Part shown: positions 17,994 to 25,172 of the stretch, piece after piece
Layout: the number at the start of each line of letters is the position of its first letter
How positions within the stretch are numbered: the stretch's first letter is position 1
DNA from: Dictyoglomus thermophilum H-6-12
Lineage (GTDB): Bacteria > Dictyoglomota > Dictyoglomia > Dictyoglomales > Dictyoglomaceae
Length of the DNA: 32,000 nt
Reading direction: 5' to 3'
Assembly (NCBI RefSeq): GCF_000020965.1
Contig: NC_011297.1
Coordinates: 1,428,525 to 1,460,524 of the forward strand
Made by a program: the position numbers and the translations under genes
The notes under the pieces: generated by a model
The model's database searches: none
The model's input: only the letters and a program-made list of their open reading frames with translations
Told to the model about the DNA's origin: nothing

Positions 17994-18707
17994 ATGGATA
18001 TAAAATTGATTCTGACAGATATAGAAGGTTGTATCACAAAAGACAAAGGATATCCTTTAGACCTTTGTTCTCTTCAATGGATAAGAGACAACATTAAAAA
18101 ATTACCTCCCATATCCCTGAATACAGGCAGGTCAAAACCATATATTGAGGCGATACTACAAGCCATAGGAGAGTTTCAAGATTCGATAGGGGAAAATGGA
18201 TGTACTATATTTTTGGTTGACAAAGATGATATTATCTTCCACCCTATGCTAAACGAAGAGATCCTTAAGCAAAAGGATGAACTTAAAAAATTCTTGAAAG
18301 AGAAAATTAAAAATTTAGGTCACATAGAGCCAGGGAAAGAAGTATGTGTATCTATATTTCCAGAAAAGGGAGTTTCAGTAAAAGATCTTGCCGAGTACAC
18401 TCAGGAACTTATTAAAGATAGATTTCCAGAGTTTCATTTAGTATATTCGTCAGTAGCTGTTGATATCACACCCAAGGGCATAGATAAAGGTGCAGGAATG
18501 GATGTACTATTGGAAATAAAGAATTTATCCTATGATGAGGTACTTGGAATTGGAGACAGCCTTGGAGACTATCCCTTCTTGAGTAAATTGAAACACAAGG
18601 CTACTCCTGCCAATGGTCATCCTAAAATAAAAGAGATAGCAACCTATATAGCTAAAGAGGAAGACATAAAGGGATTAATTGAGATATTTAAACACTTTTT
18701 CTTCTAA
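17994..18707 (+). CDS. HAD-superfamily hydrolase (subfamily IIB-like)
   Basis: Motif I is LILTDIEGCIT, motif II is NTGRS, and motif III/IV is DITPKGIDKG...GIGDSLGDYPF. The substrate cannot be called from sequence alone. Confidence 0.7.
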   Translation: MDIKLILTDIEGCITKDKGYPLDLCSLQWIRDNIKKLPPISLNTGRSKPYIEAILQAIGEFQDSIGENGCTIFLVDKDDIIFHPMLNEEILKQKDELKKFLKEKIKNLGHIEPGKEVCVSIFPEKGVSVKDLAEYTQELIKDRFPEFHLVYSSVAVDITPKGIDKGAGMDVLLEIKNLSYDEVLGIGDSLGDYPFLSKLKHKATPANGHPKIKEIATYIAKEEDIKGLIEIFKHFFF

Positions 18708-20232
18708 TAATCTCCTCTACGGAATAGGGGATCATTTCAACTATATCTAAAGCCTTTAAACCAATATTACCTTTATGCTCTTTCCATAACACCGAAGTAT
18801 ATCCATGAACAAAATTACCCAAGATACAAGCCTCCCTCAAAGTATACCCCTGAGCAACTAAGCCCGCAATTATTCCTGTAAGAACATCTCCTGAGCCAGC
18901 CGTTGCAAGCAAAGAATTGGCAAAAGGATTAACATATACATTACCCTCTTGATCAAAAAATAAAGAATAGGGACCTTTAAGTATCAAGTTTAATTGATGT
19001 TCTTTTACAAATAACCTACCTAATTCAACTCTCTTTCTCATAATTACATCTATACTTTCTCCCGTAACCCTTGACATCTCTCCATAATGAGGGGTAAGTA
19101 CTATACTCTTTTTCGAAATCTCCTTAAGAATGTCCTTTATAAAGGAAAGAGCATCTGCATCCACCACTACACTTTTATCTACTTTTCTCAAAAATTCTTG
19201 AACAAGTTTTTTAGTATCCTCACTTATGCCTATGCCAGGTCCAATAGCTATAGAATCAATACCGTAATCCTCTACTATATTTAAGAGATAATCTAAATTA
19301 TCATAAGAAATATAACCCTCTGTATCTTTTAACGAAATATAGATGATTTCAGGATAATTTCCCCTATATAACATATTAATTTTCTCTGGAACCGCAAGAT
19401 AAACCATTCCTGCACCTATTCTCAATGCTGATAGAGCAGATAGAATAGGTGCTCCAGTATACTTAAAAGACCCTCCAATAATCAGTACTCTGCCCTTTTT
19501 TCCTTTATGAACCCTTTTGGAGGGAATACGAATAATATCCTTTACAAAATTCCAATCAACAAGATTTAAAGAAGATTCCACAATATTCTCAATAACCTCT
19601 TTGGGAATTCCTAAATTACCTACAATAACTTCTCCCACATAATCTACAGCTTCGACCTCAAAAAGACCAATCTTAGGGAGAAACATAGTCAAAACATAGT
19701 TCGCTCTTATAGCTTCCCCCATTACCTCCCCAGTATCAGAATTTATTCCTGAGGGTACATCGATAGAAATTACCATCTTGTTTAAGCCATTAATATATTT
19801 GAAGACCCTCTTTAAATCCTCCTCAATTTCTCTTTTTAAGCCTATTCCAAAAATTCCATCAATTATTAGATCATACTCTTTAAGCTCTAGATAGTTTTGT
19901 AAAAGATTCCTTATCTCAACCAAACTTTGTAAAAGATTTAGTTGAATTTTCAAAAGATCTGATACTTTTCTATTCCACAAATAAGAAAATATAGTAACTT
20001 TCTTAACTCCATTTGTGTACAAATACCTTGCTAAAGCAACCCCATCGCCCCCATTATTTCCTGGACCACAAAGAATGGCAATTCTTTTATTATTTAAATC
20101 ATCAAAATTTTCTTTGATAAAACTAAATAAAAAAGATGCAGCATTCTCCATTAACAATAAGGGTGGTACACCATAATCCTTTTCTAACCTATATTCAAAC
20201 TTTCTAATATCCTCCGAACTTACTAACTTCAC
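18688..20232 (-). CDS. nnr: bifunctional NAD(P)H-hydrate repair enzyme Nnr (epimerase + ADP-dependent dehydratase)
   Basis: The N-terminal YjeF_N domain has CGPGNNGGDG. The C-terminal carbohydrate-kinase domain has KGKKGRVLIIGGS...GSGDVLTGII. It starts at GTG, preceded by the SD GGAGG, and overlaps the upstream gene stop (GTGA). Confidence 0.9.
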   Translation of the reverse strand: MKLVSSEDIRKFEYRLEKDYGVPPLLLMENAASFLFSFIKENFDDLNNKRIAILCGPGNNGGDGVALARYLYTNGVKKVTIFSYLWNRKVSDLLKIQLNLLQSLVEIRNLLQNYLELKEYDLIIDGIFGIGLKREIEEDLKRVFKYINGLNKMVISIDVPSGINSDTGEVMGEAIRANYVLTMFLPKIGLFEVEAVDYVGEVIVGNLGIPKEVIENIVESSLNLVDWNFVKDIIRIPSKRVHKGKKGRVLIIGGSFKYTGAPILSALSALRIGAGMVYLAVPEKINMLYRGNYPEIIYISLKDTEGYISYDNLDYLLNIVEDYGIDSIAIGPGIGISEDTKKLVQEFLRKVDKSVVVDADALSFIKDILKEISKKSIVLTPHYGEMSRVTGESIDVIMRKRVELGRLFVKEHQLNLILKGPYSLFFDQEGNVYVNPFANSLLATAGSGDVLTGIIAGLVAQGYTLREACILGNFVHGYTSVLWKEHKGNIGLKALDIVEMIPYSVEEIIRRKSV

Positions 20233-20576
20233 TCTTTTGCCTCCAGAGTAATAATTATTTTATTGGGAAGACAAATAATGCTTTCTTCCTTTTTGTTTAT
20301 AAATCCCTGTTTAACACAAAGTTTATCAGGACAAGGAGAAGAAATCATATGTACCCCTTTACCTTTTACATATTCAAAAATGCTTATCCCCAAAGGACCC
20401 TTAACCTCAAATCTATCTCCATCTTTTATTTCAATTAAAGATTTTGATAAAACTTCTTTATTATTAACATAAACTTTTAGAATAGTACCTTCACCTTTAG
20501 TATAATTAAAATAAAACAACAACAATGCTAGCAAAAGAAAAATCACTATCACTACTATATCATACTTCCTTAGCAT
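20229..20576 (-). CDS. NusG domain II-containing protein (DUF1312-like), membrane-anchored
   Basis: A 115-aa protein with an N-terminal TM helix followed by SSPCPDKLCVKQGFI...IICLPNKIII, the Cys-containing beta-rich module I associate with NusG_II/DUF1312. Confidence 0.6.
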   Translation of the reverse strand: MLRKYDIVVIVIFLLLALLLFYFNYTKGEGTILKVYVNNKEVLSKSLIEIKDGDRFEVKGPLGISIFEYVKGKGVHMISSPCPDKLCVKQGFINKKEESIICLPNKIIITLEAKE

Positions 20577-20582
20577 GTTTTA

Positions 20583-20591
20583 AGTATATCA
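20583..20591 (-). promoter_or_regulatory. candidate extended -10 (TGaTATACT) for the NusG-II/nnr operon
   Basis: The minus strand reads attgTGaTATACTtaaaacATG. There is a 6-nt gap to the ATG at 20576 and no SD. Confidence 0.45.
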
Positions 20592-20597
20592 CAATTT

Positions 20598-20606
20598 TGA
20601 TATAAT
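20598..20606 (+). promoter_or_regulatory. candidate extended -10 (TGaTATAAT) for the SagB-like gene
   Basis: The plus strand reads tttTGaTATAATatgatgcactATG. There is a 10-nt gap to the ATG at 20617 and no SD. Confidence 0.45.
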
Positions 20607-20616
20607 ATGATGCACT

Positions 20617-21282
20617 ATGGAATGGATAGCAATGTTCATTTTAATAATAATTTTATTAATAAGGTTTACTTATGCTAATAATGGTAAAACCATAAAACTA
20701 CCAAGCCCACTTTTAAAAAGTAGTATTTCAATTGAGGAAGCTCTGCTTTTAAGAAGATCTAAAAGATTTTATAAAGATAACCCTCTCACCCTCCAAGAAT
20801 TGTCCCAAATACTTTGGGCTTCCCAAGGAATATCAGACCCTGATTATAAGTTTAGGACATGCCCTTCTGCTGGAGCCTTATACCCTTTAGAAATTTATGT
20901 CTCAGTTCTAAGGGTAGATGGTATTGAGAGTGGTATTTACAAGTATAATCCAGAAAAACATGAGATAGTACAAATCTATAAAAGTTCCAAAAGAGAAGAA
21001 CTCTACGAAGCATCCTTAAAACAAGAATGGATAAAAAGAGCCCCCGTAGTGATTATAATATGTGCCTCCTTTTATAAAACAAAGGCTAGGTATGGAGAAA
21101 GAGGAATAAGGTACATCTACATAGAAACAGGTCACTGTGCTCAGAATATTTATTTACAATGTGTCTCCTTAAACTTAGGAACCGTAGCTATAGGTGCTTT
21201 TGATGATGATGAAATAAAAAGAATTCTCAACTTACCCAAATTTGAATTCCCTACTTATCTAATGCCTATTGGCAAGATTTAG
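20617..21282 (+). CDS. SagB/ThcOx-type nitroreductase-family dehydrogenase with N-terminal TM anchor
   Basis: Contains RRSKRFY, ILWASQGI, PSAGALYPLEIY, YIETGHCAQNIYLQ and GAFDD, the nitroreductase/SagB-family pattern. The N-terminus is hydrophobic. Confidence 0.7.
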   Translation: MEWIAMFILIIILLIRFTYANNGKTIKLPSPLLKSSISIEEALLLRRSKRFYKDNPLTLQELSQILWASQGISDPDYKFRTCPSAGALYPLEIYVSVLRVDGIESGIYKYNPEKHEIVQIYKSSKREELYEASLKQEWIKRAPVVIIICASFYKTKARYGERGIRYIYIETGHCAQNIYLQCVSLNLGTVAIGAFDDDEIKRILNLPKFEFPTYLMPIGKI

Positions 21283-21291
21283 TCATCTTTG

Positions 21292-21348
21292 TTGACAAAT
21301 TTTTAATCGTAATGTTAGACTCTTTTAAAAAATATATAATCCGAGGTG
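21292..21348 (+). promoter_or_regulatory. candidate promoter (TTGACA-18 nt-TAGACT) and SD (GAGGTG) of the 7-gene plus-strand operon
   Basis: TTGACA lies at 21292-21297, TAGACT at 21316-21321, and GAGGTG at 21343-21348, which is 8 nt before the ATG at 21357. A second TATAAT at 21335-21340 is an alternative -10. Confidence 0.35.
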
Positions 21349-21356
21349 AATAAAAA

Positions 21357-22391
21357 ATGTCCGAAAAGTTTATGATTAAAGAAATAAGAGAAGGGCTCCA
21401 TATAATCAAGAATTACAAAAATCGCTGGGAAGAATTTGTGGAAGTTTCAAATAAAATAAAATCTTTTGAATTTCATAATATTATTTTTGTGGCAAGAGGA
21501 TCGTCAGATAACGCTGCTACATGGGGAAAATATTATATGGAATCCCATTTGAATATTCCTGTATCCTTATGTGCTCCATCTTTATTTACTATCTACAAAC
21601 TCCCTCCTAATCTTAAATCTTCCCTTGTTATTGCCATCTCCCAGTCTGGAGAAAGTGATGACATCTGTGAAGTCGTGAGAAAAGCCAATGAACAAGGAGC
21701 TTTGACTATTGGTATAACCAATAATCCTCAAGGAAAGCTAGCTCAAATAGCCCAAATAAATATTTTTCTAAACTCAGGAGTAGAAAGAAGTGTTGCAGCC
21801 ACCAAAACCTATTTATCCCAATTGGTCTCTATCTATTTTTTAACAAATTCAATTATAGGTAGAAGTGCATTAGAAGAATTTGATAAAATATTAAACGCTA
21901 TGGAAGATATACAAAAGAGAGAAGAGGAAATAAAAGAAAAAGTAAAACCATATAAATACATGGAACACTGTGCAATCCTTGGAAGAGGGTTTAATTTATC
22001 TACAGCTTTAGAAACTGCTCTAAAGCTCAAGGAAACCTCTTATATTATTGCTCAAGCCTACTCCTCAGCAGATTTTATGCATGGTCCCCTTGCTCTTGCC
22101 TCGGAAGGATTTCCTGTATTTTTCTTCGTTCCTAAAGGAGAAAGTATGGAACATTCCTTGGAAGTTTTAGGAACCTTAAAGGAAAAGAGAAGCGATATAT
22201 TTATATTTACCAATGAAGCTGAGCTTACAAAAGAGTATGAGGGAATCTATATAGATTGTGATGTACCAGAATACGTCACCCCTATACCTTTTATTTACCC
22301 AGCTCAAATTTTTGCTTACTATCTTGCTGAGATTAAAGGAAGAGACCCTGACAATCCTAGAAACATAAGAAAGGTTACTATTACAAGATGA
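21357..22391 (+). CDS. double-SIS-domain protein resembling the isomerase half of GlmS (no glutaminase domain)
   Basis: Contains VARGSSDNAA and AISQSGESDD (SIS phosphosugar loops), a second SIS with LGRG...LETALKLKETSYI, and a C-terminus DNPRNIRKVTITR resembling the GlmS C-terminal tail. Length is 344 aa. Confidence 0.8.
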   Translation: MSEKFMIKEIREGLHIIKNYKNRWEEFVEVSNKIKSFEFHNIIFVARGSSDNAATWGKYYMESHLNIPVSLCAPSLFTIYKLPPNLKSSLVIAISQSGESDDICEVVRKANEQGALTIGITNNPQGKLAQIAQINIFLNSGVERSVAATKTYLSQLVSIYFLTNSIIGRSALEEFDKILNAMEDIQKREEEIKEKVKPYKYMEHCAILGRGFNLSTALETALKLKETSYIIAQAYSSADFMHGPLALASEGFPVFFFVPKGESMEHSLEVLGTLKEKRSDIFIFTNEAELTKEYEGIYIDCDVPEYVTPIPFIYPAQIFAYYLAEIKGRDPDNPRNIRKVTITR

Positions 22392-22861
22392 ACCACATAT
22401 TTCAAATATTAAAAGATTTATCACAAAATCCAATATTCATAATCCCCATATTGGTAGCTATCATCACGCAAGGAATAAAAGGGTTAATAAGAAGTCTTCA
22501 GGAGAAAAAATTCCTCTGGAGAGCCTTTTTTGAGTGGGGCGGAATGCCAAGTTCTCACTCAGCCCTTGTAGTATCACTATCTCTCATAATTGGCATAAAA
22601 GAAGGCTTCAATTCTACTCTATATATTCTTTCCATGTTCTTTGCAGGTATAGTAATAGCAGATGCCATTGGTGTGAGACTTGCCACCGAGGAACAAGCAA
22701 AAGTTATAAACAAAATTATACAAAAGGAATTAAAAGATCCTGAGTTAAAAGAGATCTACTTAAAGGAGTCTATAGGGCATACGCCCATAGAGGCTATAAC
22801 TGGAGGAATTATCGGCCTCATCTTAGCCCATGTTATATACTACACATTTTTTGTAAAATGA
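22388..22861 (+). CDS. divergent PAP2 family membrane protein (DUF212)
   Basis: Contains GGMPSSHSALV and IGHTPIEAITGG in a four-TM 157-aa protein. The start overlaps the SIS gene stop (ATGA). Confidence 0.75.
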   Translation: MNHIFQILKDLSQNPIFIIPILVAIITQGIKGLIRSLQEKKFLWRAFFEWGGMPSSHSALVVSLSLIIGIKEGFNSTLYILSMFFAGIVIADAIGVRLATEEQAKVINKIIQKELKDPELKEIYLKESIGHTPIEAITGGIIGLILAHVIYYTFFVK

Positions 22862-24057
22862 AAATAGCATTCTTTAGTGATACCTATATTCCTCAGAAGA
22901 ATGGCGTAGCTACCTCTTTAAATTTTCTAAAGAAGACTTTAGAAGAGGAGAATCACTCCATTTACCTTTTTATACCCAATATTCCCAACCTTCCTAAAGA
23001 AAAAAATATATATATCCTTCCATCCATAACATTTCCCTTTCAGAAAGAGCACCGAGTTGCCCTACCCTACTCTCTAAAATATGACTTTATGATAAGAAAA
23101 ATAAATCCTCATGTAATACACACCCACTCTCCTTTTTCTCTCGGAATCTTTGGACTATACGAAGGGAAAAGGATAAAAAGACCAATAATCCATACTTATC
23201 ATACACTTCTTCCAGATTATGCCTATTACATATGGGATCACTTTCCAAATTTTATAAAGCAAAACATAATAGATGAAGAAAAAGCTAGAAAAATAGCTAT
23301 CTGGATAAGCAGAGAATACTGTAATCATTCCGATTTAGTTATTGCTCCCTCAACTAAAATAAAGAGACTTCTTAAAGAATTTGGGGTAAAAAAACCCATA
23401 GAAGTACTTCCTAATGGCATAGATTTGGATAAATTTAGGAAAATTCCTAAAAATGAAGCAAGAAAAGATTTAAATCTCCCCCTTAATGCAGTACTACTTC
23501 TTTTTGTAGGAAGACTTGGAAAGGAAAAAAATATTGAATTTCTCATCGAAGTACTAGAAATTATTAAGAATAATACAGATAAATTGATCTATCTGGTTAT
23601 CGTGGGAGATAATCCCGATAAAAGAGTAATGGAAGAGCTAAAAAATAAAGCTAAGGCTCTAAACGTCTACGATAGGACTATTTTTACTGGATATTTGGAT
23701 TATGATAAAGTTATTAAAGCCTATTACGCCTCTGATATATTTGTATTTTCTTCAATTACAGAAACTCAAGGCTTAGTCATTCTTGAAGCGATGGCATCAG
23801 GACTTCCTGTGGTGGCTATAGAAGATGATGCAATTTCAGATTTTGTTAAAAATGGAATAAATGGTTTTTTAATACCCAATAATCAAGAAGCTAAGAAAAT
23901 ATTTTCAGAAAAAATAATAACCCTCATTGAGAATAGGGATTTATATGAAAAAATGTCTATAAATGCCCTTGATAACTCAAAGCTTTTCCATATAAAAATC
24001 CTTAATAAAAAACTTCTCTCCTTGTATGAATACCTGATAAAAGAATATAATATATAA
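22858..24057 (+). CDS. GT4-family glycosyltransferase (resembles glycolipid/diacylglycerol glycosyltransferases)
   Basis: The N-terminus is MKIAFFSDTYIPQKNGVATSL. The protein also has GRLGKEKN and the E-x7-E motif (ETQGLVILEAMASGLPVV). The start overlaps the PAP2 gene stop (ATGA). Confidence 0.85.
   Translation: MKIAFFSDTYIPQKNGVATSLNFLKKTLEEENHSIYLFIPNIPNLPKEKNIYILPSITFPFQKEHRVALPYSLKYDFMIRKINPHVIHTHSPFSLGIFGLYEGKRIKRPIIHTYHTLLPDYAYYIWDHFPNFIKQNIIDEEKARKIAIWISREYCNHSDLVIAPSTKIKRLLKEFGVKKPIEVLPNGIDLDKFRKIPKNEARKDLNLPLNAVLLLFVGRLGKEKNIEFLIEVLEIIKNNTDKLIYLVIVGDNPDKRVMEELKNKAKALNVYDRTIFTGYLDYDKVIKAYYASDIFVFSSITETQGLVILEAMASGLPVVAIEDDAISDFVKNGINGFLIPNNQEAKKIFSEKIITLIENRDLYEKMSINALDNSKLFHIKILNKKLLSLYEYLIKEYNI
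24022..24051 (+). promoter_or_regulatory. weak candidate internal promoter (TTGTAT-18 nt-TATAAT) ahead of nurA
   Basis: The -10 ends 8 nt before the SD-less ATG at 24060. The element lies inside the AT-rich 3' end of the GT4 gene, so a chance match is quite possible. Confidence 0.25.
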
Positions 24058-24059
24058 TA

Positions 24060-25169
24060 ATGCCCGATTTTATATCTCTCTTTATATCCGAAATAAAGAA
24101 AAAAAGACCCATTCTTGAGGAACTTCTTATTAAAAGAAGTCTTAGTGACAAATCTTTTGTTTCAGAGTTTATTGGGAAGATTTGGAATAAACTTTCAGAC
24201 TCCTATCAGTTTACCAACAAACCAACATTTGCCGTAGATGCTTCCCAAAGAACCCTATCCTTCTCTTTAGGACCTTATTTAATAATAACCCAAGCTCTTG
24301 CCATAGGCTCCAATGGATATGAAAAAGCTCTTGTATCTCTCGAGCCTGTATGGGGTTCTATACCAGAAACTCAACTGGGGCTCTTAAGAGACCTTTTAAT
24401 GCAAGATTTGGAAATTAGGCTTGCCCTTCAAATTATTAAAGAAAACAAAGCTCCTTTGATATTATTTATCGATGGCTCTTTATTATCAAGAATCTCATAC
24501 CTTTTGAGGTATTTATACAGTTTTGAAGATGAAAATTACAAAAACCTTGCTCGAGAAGTACTAATAAACACTTTAGATCTTATAAATTCTTCCAAGAACA
24601 ATGTAGATGTCATCTCTATTTCTAAGTCTTCCCGAAATACTTTTCTTTTCCAAATCCTATCTCTTGACAATCCTGATATAGATAAAACAACACCTTACAA
24701 ACCCACTGATAGCGAGATCTTAAGCATATTTACTTCAGAGCCCGGATATACAACTCCACTATTGATAGGAGCAGAGATGGGGCTTGGTCACAAACAATTA
24801 GAGATCATAGAAAAGGACCCAAACCTTCAAAATATTCTTAATAATTCTCCAGCCTTTTATACCTTCTATATAAGACTTATGCCAAGAGATCAGTTCCTAA
24901 GGATAGACTTCCCAGCCAATATGGTAGGAGAAAAGTCGAGTATACTCTCCGTAAATTACTTTTGGGGGAAAGATATAAATATAGATCAAATCTTAGGAGT
25001 ATTAAGAGAAAATTGTGTAAATACGAAGATATATCAAACTCCTTTGTATTTTGTGGACCAAATTGTTAGAATAAAAAGAGAACCTGACTTAGAAAGGTAT
25101 ATAATGATTTTGAAAACTGAATTTCCAGGAATTATTGAACTTGACAGAAGTCAAGGGAGGTTCTACTAA
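24060..25169 (+). CDS. nurA: NurA-domain 5'-3' nuclease
   Basis: A D-E-D catalytic pattern appears in NurA-like context: TFAVDASQ (D60), QDLEIRLAL (E118) and LILFIDGSLL (D138). The protein is 369 aa and lies directly upstream of herA. Confidence 0.7.
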   Translation: MPDFISLFISEIKKKRPILEELLIKRSLSDKSFVSEFIGKIWNKLSDSYQFTNKPTFAVDASQRTLSFSLGPYLIITQALAIGSNGYEKALVSLEPVWGSIPETQLGLLRDLLMQDLEIRLALQIIKENKAPLILFIDGSLLSRISYLLRYLYSFEDENYKNLAREVLINTLDLINSSKNNVDVISISKSSRNTFLFQILSLDNPDIDKTTPYKPTDSEILSIFTSEPGYTTPLLIGAEMGLGHKQLEIIEKDPNLQNILNNSPAFYTFYIRLMPRDQFLRIDFPANMVGEKSSILSVNYFWGKDINIDQILGVLRENCVNTKIYQTPLYFVDQIVRIKREPDLERYIMILKTEFPGIIELDRSQGRFY

Positions 25170-25172
25170 TAA

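Noticed and set aside
17994-18707. HAD motif I reads DIEG (Asp-x-Glu) instead of DxD, suggesting an inactive enzyme
   Set aside because: From memory, DIEG occurs in genuinely active HAD enzymes (enolase-phosphatase E1 type). The other motifs (TGRS, K, GDSxxD) are intact, so this is not evidence of pseudo-enzyme status.
21283-21356. Possible glmS ribozyme or riboswitch ahead of the GlmS-like gene
   Set aside because: The intergenic region is only 74 nt and is largely taken up by promoter-like hexamers and the SD. That is too short for the glmS ribozyme fold, and I saw no conserved core.
22534-22743. Alternative-frame 69-aa ORF inside the PAP2/DUF212 gene, plus similar short overlapping ORFs at 13005-13232, 15921-16118, 19087-19284, 20263-20472, 21833-22030, 22176-22433, 23325-23546, 25446-25661, 26591-26791, 27784-28089 and 31631-31903
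   Set aside because: Each is nested in or antisense to a CDS with strong family motifs. None has a convincing RBS or recognisable domain.
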